A DNA stretch of 24,804 bases from a virus (lineage: Duplodnaviria; Caudoviricetes), in IMG/VR virus record IMGVR_UViG_3300049489_001507, positions 1-24,804 of that record; one strand, written 5' to 3'. The position numbers and the translations under genes are program-made. The stretch's first letter is position 1; every line of letters starts with the position of its first letter. Below are positions 15,476-23,952 of this stretch, piece by piece. The notes below the pieces were generated by a model. It saw only the letters and a program-made list of their open reading frames with translations, was not told the origin of the DNA and searched no databases.

Positions 15476-17131
15476 TTATAATGCTTTCGTGATACTTCGT
15501 TTGGAGACACTCGTGAACGCTGGTGCATTCCCGCCGAGCAAATTGATATGATACTCCTGCATGAGCTCAAGCGCGCTGATCAGCGTATCGGGCGCATCAT
15601 CCTTGCCATGTGCTTTCTTCGTTTTGAATTTGAACAGCTGATCGGTGTACCGTTTCCCTTCTTCTGTTTTACGAAAGCCGGGAGGGAAGAGGAACTTCGA
15701 CGCTTTCCATTCATTCTCAGCGACCGATGCCAGGTCATCCACTTTGTACCGTTTGAACTCAATGAACGGGAGCGGCATATTGTGCAGCTGTGAGAAGTTC
15801 AAAAGGAAGTTTGTCCAGGTGGACTCCTGCGCAACGTTACCATCAAACGCCTGGGCAATGATGCAGATCTCCCGGATCTTCTCTGCAGCGCGAAGGATGA
15901 GAAAATCCTTGATCAGCTGGTTCGGGTCCGAATAACTTTTACAGCGCGCGCTCGTGATGAAATATTTCTGGTGCATAATCGAGAACGCGAGGCAAGTCAC
16001 GGCCGTTGTATCGCCTTTTGATTTGAGTGAGCAGTTCGGATCCAGGAAGATCACTCCGCGGAGATCAGGCGGGAGCTCGCGCCACTCCTGGTAGAATGTA
16101 TCTGGGAAGATCTCGCCGCTCTTCTCGGTCGGCGTTCCCTGGAAGTTACCATCCCAATCATGATCATCCATCGGCGCGCACATCTTCTTCATTTCAGTTT
16201 CACTCTTTGCCGGGAACCGTTCGAACCAGATCGATCTCGACGTTCCCTTCCTGGAAGGATCCCAGGCGGGATGCTTATGAAGAATGAACTCCTCTGAAAG
16301 CACTCCGCGTTCTTGCTCCGTGAAAAGATAGTTCATGGCGCAATCAACGGAGAAGTTATTCCCCTCCCAGAAGAGCGTTCCTTTCGAGGACAGTGAAGTC
16401 CTCATCTCATTCACCATCTGGATCCGTTTCTCGATCGCATCTTTGGTGAGCGATGAGGTGCGGTTCTCAAAATCTGTGAGATAGATAAAGTCGGGACGAA
16501 GAACGAACGCGCGCTGTTTACCACGGGATGACCGGTCCTCTGAAAGAGCGCCGATGTAGGTGCCGACCGGATTCGCCACGGAGCGCGCAAACAGATTCTC
16601 GGATGATGCTTCGTTCCACTGAAGTTTGTAATCGAACTTGAGTCGTTCATTCGTGTCCAACAGAAAAAGCATATCGACGATCGCTGATTGCGCCGGTGCG
16701 AGTGTCTCGGATCCAAAGAGTTGGTAGTTCCTTTTGCCGTGAAGAAAATTGTAGAGGAATTTCTTCTTGGCCGTACCGGTCTTCCCACTATCACGAGGAC
16801 CGTGAAGCACATGTGCTTTCTTGTCCTTCAGATCCATGATCCGGACGACCTCCCGGTGGAACCATCCAGATGGGAAGTATTCATCGTACATGGCCGGGGG
16901 AAAATATGTTTGGTCCCAAAAGAAAAAATCATCGGCCGATCGTTTTAGTCGGGCTTCGACAGCTTTCGGGGTCCGTTCTTTTTCCGTGAACGGCAGGACC
17001 ACACGCATTTGATCCTCTATCTCCATGCGGAGCTTCTTTTGCTGTTCTTCAGACGCCAGCTCAATATTGGCTCTCTTCTGTTCTTCGAGCTGTTTGATCA
17101 AAATATCGGATGTTGAGAATTGTGATTTCAT
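15476..17131 (-). CDS. terL: Terminase large subunit
   Basis: HGPRDSGKT Walker A, RPDFIYLTDFEN Walker B region, nuclease motifs IFLDPN, GDTTAV, KDDAPD. Confidence 0.92.
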   Translation of the reverse strand: MKSQFSTSDILIKQLEEQKRANIELASEEQQKKLRMEIEDQMRVVLPFTEKERTPKAVEARLKRSADDFFFWDQTYFPPAMYDEYFPSGWFHREVVRIMDLKDKKAHVLHGPRDSGKTGTAKKKFLYNFLHGKRNYQLFGSETLAPAQSAIVDMLFLLDTNERLKFDYKLQWNEASSENLFARSVANPVGTYIGALSEDRSSRGKQRAFVLRPDFIYLTDFENRTSSLTKDAIEKRIQMVNEMRTSLSSKGTLFWEGNNFSVDCAMNYLFTEQERGVLSEEFILHKHPAWDPSRKGTSRSIWFERFPAKSETEMKKMCAPMDDHDWDGNFQGTPTEKSGEIFPDTFYQEWRELPPDLRGVIFLDPNCSLKSKGDTTAVTCLAFSIMHQKYFITSARCKSYSDPNQLIKDFLILRAAEKIREICIIAQAFDGNVAQESTWTNFLLNFSQLHNMPLPFIEFKRYKVDDLASVAENEWKASKFLFPPGFRKTEEGKRYTDQLFKFKTKKAHGKDDAPDTLISALELMQEYHINLLGGNAPAFTSVSKRSITKAL

Positions 17132-17628
17132 GCTTCGGCCGCCAGTCTGGTTTGTTCCTCTTTGAAGATCCTGATGATGTCATCATCGGACAACGTAGGA
17201 TCGAAGCGCCGCATGATCCGGGCGATCAGAACAGCATTCCCGTTCTGCAGATGTTTTTCCAACCGAAGGGATTGAAGGTTCTTCTGCATTGCCGAGAGAT
17301 CCTTGACCAGCTTCAGCCGTTCCTCGGCACCGAGCTTCGTCTTATTCATCGAGTGTGCTACCAGCACGATCTGGTGTTCCATGAAATCATGGACATCATT
17401 GAAGCTTTCCAGATCGACCTGGCCGGACAACTTCTCTTCATCCTGGACCTTCCTGGAGACCCCTTTATCCTTCCGCTGTCCGTATTTCGTCTTCACTCGA
17501 CCCTGGACTACATTATACACTTTGAAGTATGAGAGGTTCATTTCATCCATGATCTCATGGATGGACATTTTATCCTGGTGAAAGAACTTCAGGATCTTTT
17601 TCCGTTCTGGTATTGACGTTTTAGGCAT
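17128..17628 (-). CDS. Probable terminase small subunit (N-terminal HTH)
   Basis: MSIHEIMDEMNLSYFKVYNVV HTH, helical C-terminus, ATGA-coupled to terL. Confidence 0.7.
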   Translation of the reverse strand: MPKTSIPERKKILKFFHQDKMSIHEIMDEMNLSYFKVYNVVQGRVKTKYGQRKDKGVSRKVQDEEKLSGQVDLESFNDVHDFMEHQIVLVAHSMNKTKLGAEERLKLVKDLSAMQKNLQSLRLEKHLQNGNAVLIARIMRRFDPTLSDDDIIRIFKEEQTRLAAEA

Positions 17629-18066
17629 TTACTCTCCTACGGCATCGATGGTGTAATAAAGGTTGACCTGCAGGACACACTGCTCTGCGGAATTCCGAAT
17701 AATGGAAAAGGGACGCTTCCGCAGCAGAAGAACGATCTCATTGGGGCCCACGGTGAGAGAGCCCTTCAGGATCATGATCACATGATTCGCGATCGCATAA
17801 GCTTCCTGGAAAGACAAGGCGGCCGTTTTATTCTCCGTGGAAGAGCAGAGGACCTTCATCTCTACCGGAACTCCGATCTGGACGGTATCCGGTGTTTCCT
17901 GCTCGCTGTCATCCTCGAAATCCATTACGATACCGGCATACGGCGGCCGAAGCGACTTAGCATCGGAATCCTCCGACAGGACCAAAGCATCTTTGATGCC
18001 GATCGACACTTTGTTCGTGACCAACTTATCCTTGATGGCATCGGCGACATCATTCGGCATTATCAT
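17629..18066 (-). CDS. Mu gp37-like tail terminator/neck protein
   Basis: 145 aa, follows the gp36-like gene; IKDKL...RPPYAGIV...EAYAIANHVIMILKG pattern. Confidence 0.6.
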   Translation of the reverse strand: MIMPNDVADAIKDKLVTNKVSIGIKDALVLSEDSDAKSLRPPYAGIVMDFEDDSEQETPDTVQIGVPVEMKVLCSSTENKTAALSFQEAYAIANHVIMILKGSLTVGPNEIVLLLRKRPFSIIRNSAEQCVLQVNLYYTIDAVGE

Positions 18067-18461
18067 AGTGCGCTCCCGATCCGTTGTGTTGAAGAGAAGT
18101 ATGTCTGCGGTACCGCAGAAACAACAGTACCGGCAGAATCGATGATCGATTCGCGGCCGGAAGCGATCGCATCCAGCTGTGTCATCGCATCATCATACTG
18201 CTTCTTCCGTCTGCTCAATTCAAACTCATCCAGCTTCCCCTGCATTCCTGAAGTGAACCAAACGACCAACGCGCAGGCAATATTCCTGATCATCGCATTC
18301 GATTCAGATGGATCATCCGGAATAGTGATCCTGGTCTTTTGAAAAATTATTTCATCGGCTTGTGCGATTGCTTCGCCGAGCCCTGCCGGTTCGGTGTCCT
18401 TCGTCAGGAATGAACTATCTGAAACAAAAGCTTCAAGTGTTGTGCGATCGATGTATGACAT
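18063..18461 (-). CDS. Mu gp36 (DUF1320)-like head-tail adaptor
   Basis: MSYIDRTTL...AIAQADEII...IRNIACALVVW...KKQYDDAMTQLDAIASG. Confidence 0.85.
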   Translation of the reverse strand: MSYIDRTTLEAFVSDSSFLTKDTEPAGLGEAIAQADEIIFQKTRITIPDDPSESNAMIRNIACALVVWFTSGMQGKLDEFELSRRKKQYDDAMTQLDAIASGRESIIDSAGTVVSAVPQTYFSSTQRIGSAL

Positions 18462-18484
18462 AGTGCTCCTTCAATTGTCTGCTG

Positions 18485-18564
18485 CAAAGGTAATTCAAGA
18501 CGAATAAAAAAAATGGGTACCGGTACCCGTGCCATTTCTTTTTGAAAATCACGATGTAACTTGC
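18485..18564. promoter_or_regulatory. Divergent late promoters flanking a palindromic site
   Basis: Minus-strand TACCTTTG (18492-18485), plus-strand TAACTTGC (18557-18564), central GGGTACCGGTACCC (18515-18528). Confidence 0.65.
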
Positions 18565-18602
18565 TCCCGTCATTGAATCATCAAAAACAAAAAGGACGGA
18601 TC

Positions 18603-19169
18603 ATGAAAGATAAACTTCTCGCACTGCTCAAAGCTCTTGGTATTCTTCCTGACGACAAGGTTCAGGCATTGAGCGCTGAGCTCGACAAACTGGATCTGGA
18701 AAAGAAACCGGAACCGACCATCGATTCCTCGAAGATCACCGATCCGGCTATGAAGCAGATGTTCGAAGCGCTGAACAATCAGATCACCGTCCTGGGGAAC
18801 CAGAACAAGACGCTGCTCGACACGATCAATGCGGAACGGTCCGAGCGCGAGAAGGCAGTGAAGCTCCAGCAGGACCAGGCGAAGAGCGATGCAGAGAAGA
18901 AAGTGACTGAGCTCGTTGCACGAGCGAAGAAAGAAGGGAAGATCGTCCAGGCGAAAGAGGAGTGGTTAAAGAAGTATGCTGTGGCAGATCTCGCTGCAGC
19001 TGAAGAGTGGGTGAAGGATGCGCCGGTCCAGCCGGGATTCAAACCGGAACCGGAAAAGAAAAGCTCATCGGAGACGTCGAGTGAAAAGACCGACCGTGCA
19101 AAAGGACCACTCGGATCGGTGAATCAGTCGATCCTCAAGAACGTTTTGGAACAATCATCTACTAATTAA
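18603..19169 (+). CDS. Capsid scaffolding protein (like the C-terminal half of Mu gp32), no protease domain
   Basis: LLKALGIL, long coiled coil, LVARAKKEGKIVQAKEEW...WVKDAPV; directly before capsid gene; AAGGA SD. Confidence 0.8.
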   Translation: MKDKLLALLKALGILPDDKVQALSAELDKLDLEKKPEPTIDSSKITDPAMKQMFEALNNQITVLGNQNKTLLDTINAERSEREKAVKLQQDQAKSDAEKKVTELVARAKKEGKIVQAKEEWLKKYAVADLAAAEEWVKDAPVQPGFKPEPEKKSSSETSSEKTDRAKGPLGSVNQSILKNVLEQSSTN

Positions 19170-19184
19170 GGAGAACACAACACC

Positions 19185-20156
19185 ATGAACATCGCACAGA
19201 TTTCTTCGCTTAACGACCGCGCTGCGGGACTGTTGAGCTCCATGATCGAAACGGCTCCTCTGCTCGCAGTCGCCGAGTTCCAGGAGGAAGCATCGGATCA
19301 CCTTCTGGCCACCGGTCGCGAAAGCAAATCCGGTTCGGGCGTCCGCAATGAAGGGGATGCTGCCAACCGGACCGCCGTGACGCCGGATGTCACCCCGCGC
19401 AAGCTGCGCCTGTATTCCCGCGAGGTTGCGGTGGATGATGTTCGTATCCAGGACGCCAAACGCGGAGTGGTCGCTCCGCAGGGACTCAAGAACTTCTACG
19501 ATGGCCAACTGAAAGTGGAAGCCCTGGGCATCGCCGAGGAGTTCCAGGATGAGGCGTTCACCGGAACGGATACCACGAACGGCGGCGGGAAGTATCGGAT
19601 GCTCGGATTCTCCGAGTTCATCAAAGATGCGAACGCTGCGGGACAGACCACGCGCTTCGGATTCTCCACCACCGATCTGGCCGGGATGAACTCCCAGCTG
19701 TCGCTGAAGTTGGATACGGAAGCGAACCAGAATGCATTCGTTGAGAGCTTGATGAAGCTCGTTGCCCAGGTTCCGGGAGCGAATGCCATCATGCTCAATT
19801 CGAACCTCTCCGCCCGTTTGACAACGATCGGAAAGCGTCTCGGAGCGGCCGGAGAGAGCACCACCACCTTCGGCACGAAGGTGAAAACGTTCGACGGCAA
19901 GGCCATCGTCGAACTGCCGACGACCGCGATCCCGCAGACCGAGAGTGACGGAACGAACAGCGATTGCACTTCGCTCTACGTGGTACGGTTCGCCGAGAGT
20001 ACCGGCGCCGCGTTCACCACGAACAGCGGTTTCCTGTTCACGGATTTCGCTGAGACCAGCCAGTTGCCTTCCGGCATCGCTCGTCTGCAGATGTTCGTGA
20101 ACCTTGCTGTGCTTCGCCGTAATGCGGTCCGCCGCATGTCGCGCATCCGGCTGTAA
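19185..20156 (+). CDS. Major capsid protein (HK97 fold)
   Basis: 323 aa, AAGGAG SD; MIETAPLL, VRNEG, EVAVD, DEAFTG, NAIMLN, TSLYVVRF, NAVRRMSRI. Confidence 0.88.
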   Translation: MNIAQISSLNDRAAGLLSSMIETAPLLAVAEFQEEASDHLLATGRESKSGSGVRNEGDAANRTAVTPDVTPRKLRLYSREVAVDDVRIQDAKRGVVAPQGLKNFYDGQLKVEALGIAEEFQDEAFTGTDTTNGGGKYRMLGFSEFIKDANAAGQTTRFGFSTTDLAGMNSQLSLKLDTEANQNAFVESLMKLVAQVPGANAIMLNSNLSARLTTIGKRLGAAGESTTTFGTKVKTFDGKAIVELPTTAIPQTESDGTNSDCTSLYVVRFAESTGAAFTTNSGFLFTDFAETSQLPSGIARLQMFVNLAVLRRNAVRRMSRIRL

Positions 20157-20177
20157 CCAACACACAGACATGAACAT

Positions 20178-20210
20178 CTTCCCACCGGTCCTTCGATGAC
20201 CGGTGGGAAG
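20178..20210 (+). terminator. 13-bp perfect hairpin after capsid gene (weak terminator or mRNA stabiliser)
   Basis: CTTCCCACCGGTC-cttcgat-GACCGGTGGGAAG; only a short U-tract follows. Confidence 0.7.
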
Positions 20211-20253
20211 CAGTTTGATCACTAACATTCATTCACACAATCTTGAGGGACCA

Positions 20254-20772
20254 ATGAGACAATTATTCTCCATGCTGCCGAAATCGGTCATCGTCGTGAT
20301 GATCCTTCTGGCGGCGATTGTACCGGCATTCAGCCAGGGATGGACAACCTACAATGCAGATGACATCACCTCGGACTTCGATGCCGGAAAATCCATCCGC
20401 TTCCAGGGATCCATCGACAGCACTCTGACGACCTATACCAGTTCGCCATTCCAGCTGTCGGGATACCAAGGCGAGAGTTTCACCAGCTATCCGGTCCATT
20501 ACCGGTACCGCAATATCTCAGCAGCGGGGACTCCGTACGTCACCCACATCATTCAAGGTAATTATGGCGATTCGACCTGGGTGAATATTGATACGCTCAT
20601 CGTTCGGGATTCCACGGAAACGTCTCAGACAGGGACGATCGATTTCAACGGTAAGAAATGCTACGCATACCGGCTTGTCTCCAGCGGAGGGACCACGGGC
20701 GCGAACGCCAAGAACCGATCGGATACTGTGAGCGAGGTGACGCTCTATGTTCCCAGAAAAGACCCGGAGTAA
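20254..20772 (+). CDS. Secreted beta-rich protein with Sec signal peptide
   Basis: MRQLFSMLPKSVIVVMILLAAIVPAFS|QGW; GAGGGA SD; Thr/Ser/Tyr-rich mature part. Confidence 0.8.
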   Translation: MRQLFSMLPKSVIVVMILLAAIVPAFSQGWTTYNADDITSDFDAGKSIRFQGSIDSTLTTYTSSPFQLSGYQGESFTSYPVHYRYRNISAAGTPYVTHIIQGNYGDSTWVNIDTLIVRDSTETSQTGTIDFNGKKCYAYRLVSSGGTTGANAKNRSDTVSEVTLYVPRKDPE

Positions 20773-20857
20773 CGTTCTTCGACCATGCCGCGGTGAATAA
20801 CTGCAGCATGGTCCTAACAAGTCAGCTGTAGAGTCAGAAATCTAACGTGGAATTCAG

Positions 20858-21073
20858 ATGATCACAATGGACCTAGTTGCCGTCATCATAGCAGTGTTCG
20901 GATTGCTTGGCGGGTTAATCGCTTTCGTCTCTTTCATTTCTCAGCGGCCGACGCGGGATGAAATGAACGATGCAATCGACAAATCAGTGACACCAATATC
21001 GGAAGATCTTAAATATGTCCGGGACCGCATCGATGCCATGTTCGATATGATGCAGAAGAAGGATAGCCAATGA
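20858..21073 (+). CDS. Single-TM protein, holin-like
   Basis: LVAVIIAVFGLLGGLIAFVSFI then short coiled coil; coupled to endolysin. Confidence 0.65.
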   Translation: MITMDLVAVIIAVFGLLGGLIAFVSFISQRPTRDEMNDAIDKSVTPISEDLKYVRDRIDAMFDMMQKKDSQ

Positions 21074-21402
21074 TCGCAGTTAAAGATACCGTCCGATTCA
21101 AACGGCTCACACCGGAGATCGTGTTCCTTTTCCCGTTGATTGTTGAAATCTGGAAAGAGTTTGCGGTTGAGACGATCCCGGTGATCACGAGTGCGAACGA
21201 TTCTGTTCATGGCGTGAACTCATACCATGGAATCGATTATGCTCTTGACCTCCGGAGTAAGAATCTCAGCGCAGAGCAGAAGCAGCAGATCCTCGAAGCG
21301 CTCAAGAAAGCTCTGGCCGGGAAGAATTATGATGTGCTCCTGGAAAGTCTTGGAGAGATCAATGAACATTTTCACATTGAATTCAATGCACGCAGGAAGT
21401 AA
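21070..21402 (+). CDS. Endolysin, peptidase M15-like zinc peptidase
   Basis: VITSANDSVH..NSYH..DYALDLR...EHFHIE (H, D, H zinc ligands). Confidence 0.85.
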   Translation: MIAVKDTVRFKRLTPEIVFLFPLIVEIWKEFAVETIPVITSANDSVHGVNSYHGIDYALDLRSKNLSAEQKQQILEALKKALAGKNYDVLLESLGEINEHFHIEFNARRK

Positions 21403-21975
21403 ATGGATACAATCAGACCGATCGAACCGGAAGGACTCAAACAAACCCCAACACGAAAACCGCAGATCCCGGAACTTGAAAAGGTGAAGGTCCAGGATCC
21501 TTCGGAAGTGCGAGTGAAGGTGGGATGGTTCGAACTGATCATCGCCTGGATCCGTGAAAATTTAACCAACGACATTCTCAATTCAACCATTAAAGGCAGC
21601 GCTATGGACTCGAAATCCTGGATATTCTCCAAAACTATCATTGGCAACCTCATCATCCTCTTCTGGTCCTTTTTCGGTCCGAAGATCGGGATCCCTGTGC
21701 TACCCCCGGAACTGATGTTCACCCTGATGGTCGCCTATAACCTGGTGATCCGGTTCCTGACCAAACAGCCGGTGACGATCGTCGATGAACTCGGAGGGAA
21801 TAAACCGTGGTATGCATCGAAAACGATCTGGACGAATTTTATCGGCGCCGTTTGGCTGTTCATCGGTCCGCTTGTTGGGATCCCTGTATTGAGTCCGGAA
21901 GTGATGACACAGATCTTTGATGTCCTCAATATCGTTCTTCGGTTCTTCACGAAACAGCCGATCACTTTGAAATAA
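21403..21975 (+). CDS. Holin-like membrane protein with internal tandem duplication (alternative start 21604)
   Basis: Two about 60-aa units: K.W..SKTI..N...GP..GIPVL.PE.M......N...RF.TKQP.T. Confidence 0.75.
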   Translation: MDTIRPIEPEGLKQTPTRKPQIPELEKVKVQDPSEVRVKVGWFELIIAWIRENLTNDILNSTIKGSAMDSKSWIFSKTIIGNLIILFWSFFGPKIGIPVLPPELMFTLMVAYNLVIRFLTKQPVTIVDELGGNKPWYASKTIWTNFIGAVWLFIGPLVGIPVLSPEVMTQIFDVLNIVLRFFTKQPITLK

Positions 21976-22006
21976 TTATTATTCATTCCAATAAAGGAGT
22001 TACACC

Positions 22007-22471
22007 ATGCCGAAGAACGTAGCAAAGATCCTCAAACAGACCACGGACAAGATCTACATCAAAGAATCTACCAACGGCTCAGAGCCGTCCTGGGTTGCGG
22101 CCGATGAGATCGGTTATACCGATGAAGCAGCACTGATCATCGAATCCAAGAAAGCTACCCAGATGGAAGCCGGAGGGGGGAACATCCAGGTGAATTCGGA
22201 TTTCACAGTGAAGGTCAACGCGCTTCAGGTCCTGGATCAGTCCACGATCCTGGCATACAAGAACAAGAACGTCTGGATCATGGTGAAGCCGACCGGAACG
22301 GTCAGTGCGACGAACCAGGAGATCAAAGTGAAGAACATCATCCTGAATGTCGAACCGAAGATCGATTCGAGCAAGAACAACAAGAGCTCCATCATGCTCT
22401 CCGCTGAGAAGTCGGAATATGATGAGGCGAATGTGTATGCCTTCGCGTCCACCTCGACCACTGTTTCCTAA
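22007..22471 (+). CDS. Probable major tail tube protein
   Basis: 154 aa, beta-rich, AAGGAG SD, IGYTDEAALIIE motif, upstream of tail chaperones and tape measure. Confidence 0.7.
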   Translation: MPKNVAKILKQTTDKIYIKESTNGSEPSWVAADEIGYTDEAALIIESKKATQMEAGGGNIQVNSDFTVKVNALQVLDQSTILAYKNKNVWIMVKPTGTVSATNQEIKVKNIILNVEPKIDSSKNNKSSIMLSAEKSEYDEANVYAFASTSTTVS

Positions 22472-22490
22472 CCATTCCATTGATCAATGA

Positions 22491-22515
22491 CGCCCCTCCC
22501 GTTATGGGAGGGGTG
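22491..22515 (+). promoter_or_regulatory. Hairpin occluding the ribosome-binding site of the next gene
   Basis: CGCCCCTCCC-gttat-GGGAGGGGTG; the 3' arm holds the SD for ATG 22524. Confidence 0.65.
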
Positions 22516-22523
22516 AATATCCT

Positions 22524-23717
22524 ATGCCGACAAAAGACGTAAACAAGTTATTGAAGGGCGTGAATGATTGCATACTCGCTGCAGTGGACGATGCGGGAGC
22601 TGCATCCCCGGCTCAATGTGGTGATACCTTTCCGCTGCTCAGCTGCGGCTTCCTGGATGAGAATGCCATTCAGAGCGAATCCAAAAAGCTGACTCAAAAA
22701 GCCCACGGCGGCGAACAGCTGCAGCTCGGCGAGGTTGCCACGGTGAACGTCACCTCACTCAGCGGCGCCGGTATCGGGATCACTGCAGCGAAGAAGTTCA
22801 AGAATGCGCAGTGCAACATCTACGGATTCGGATCGCAGCAGTCGCATAAACTGACACGCTTCCTGATGAATGTGGAAACTCCGCACGACATGAAGAAGGG
22901 TGGGAAGAGCGTGATCATCTTCTCTACCGAAAAGAAGGTATCGCCCGATGAAACACTCGGAACGCTCGGTTCTTCTGTTTCGGCATTCTCCGCTGATGCA
23001 GCATACAAGTTCCGTGACTACATCAACGCGATCCGCCAGGAGGGTCTGGTCTTTGCATTCCTGCCCTATTTGGGGAACTTCAGCCAGACAGCAAAAGCGT
23101 ACGATGCCAGCGACAACAGAATCACAGGAGCATTGACCAATGGACCTGCCTGGGCAGCAGCTCCTCTTGCCGGTTACTCGAAGTTGACCTTCGACGGCGT
23201 GAATGATTTTGCAGATTTTGGAAACATCCTGGTGCAGAATTCCACCGATGATTTCATGATCGAAGCCTGGGTAAGGATCCTTGCCGCCGATGGTGCGCTC
23301 GTTCCGATATTAGGGAACAAGACCTCCAACGGCAATACAACGGCCGGATGGTCCATCTATCGCAGCAGCTCGAACCAATTGGTATTCAATTTGGGAGATG
23401 GATCCGCTCAAGCTTCCCCGGGCGGTGGAAGTGTGCTGCAGAATGTCTGGAACCATCTTGCGGTCGCCGTGGACCGGAACGGTAACGCGGTATTGTTCGT
23501 GAACGGCGTCCAGGTCCAATCATCCAGCGTTGCATCCATCGTTGATTCCAGCACGACCAATACCTTCTACATCGGCCGGTCCCCTTCGGGATCCTATGGC
23601 AACATCGAAACGGCGGCAGTGCGGCATTATAAATATGCGGCCGGTGGACTGCCGAGTGATTATGCTGCAATGTTCGCCAGTCATTACAATTCAGAAAAAG
23701 CAATCCTGGGATTATAA
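22524..23717 (+). CDS. Tail-tube paralog fused to LamG/concanavalin A-like domain
   Basis: N-terminal about 140 aa aligns by eye with 22007-22471; C-terminal LTFDGVNDF, DFMIEAWV, WNHLAVAVDR..AVLFVNG, FYIGR. Confidence 0.85.
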   Translation: MPTKDVNKLLKGVNDCILAAVDDAGAASPAQCGDTFPLLSCGFLDENAIQSESKKLTQKAHGGEQLQLGEVATVNVTSLSGAGIGITAAKKFKNAQCNIYGFGSQQSHKLTRFLMNVETPHDMKKGGKSVIIFSTEKKVSPDETLGTLGSSVSAFSADAAYKFRDYINAIRQEGLVFAFLPYLGNFSQTAKAYDASDNRITGALTNGPAWAAAPLAGYSKLTFDGVNDFADFGNILVQNSTDDFMIEAWVRILAADGALVPILGNKTSNGNTTAGWSIYRSSSNQLVFNLGDGSAQASPGGGSVLQNVWNHLAVAVDRNGNAVLFVNGVQVQSSSVASIVDSSTTNTFYIGRSPSGSYGNIETAAVRHYKYAAGGLPSDYAAMFASHYNSEKAILGL

Positions 23718-23718
23718 C

Positions 23719-23952
23719 ATGTATATCATCGGACCGTTAGTATATCTACGGGAACAATTCCCTGATCATGATCTTACGTTTGCCCGGAAGAACCTGGATG
23801 AAACTGAAGTCGTCATCGAAGATGAGATCTCCCTGGATAAACAGGATGAGCTCGAATCAAATAGTGTTCTCTGTTTAAGCCATGAGGACGCAATCGATTA
23901 TTTGAACGACCCGGACATGGCAGGGATCTGGTACCACGACGAGGAAGAATAA
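23719..23952 (+). CDS. Small acidic protein coupled to the LamG tail gene
   Basis: 77 aa from ATG 23719, one nt after the upstream stop; stop overlaps the next start. Confidence 0.7.
   Translation: MYIIGPLVYLREQFPDHDLTFARKNLDETEVVIEDEISLDKQDELESNSVLCLSHEDAIDYLNDPDMAGIWYHDEEE

Noticed and set aside
17782-18342. 186-aa plus-strand ORF
   Set aside because: Antisense to gp36/gp37-like genes, which have clear motifs and coupling
13679-18602. Gin/Hin-type invertible segment explaining the minus-strand block
   Set aside because: No invertase in the window and no matching inverted repeats recognised at the boundaries; the divergent promoter looks integral
19155-20228. 357-aa minus-strand ORF opposite the capsid gene
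   Set aside because: Typical antisense open frame arising from biased codon usage; no domain features
23530-23718. 63-aa N-terminal extension of the small acidic ORF
   Set aside because: Overlaps the LamG coding region; ATG 23719 follows the upstream stop directly
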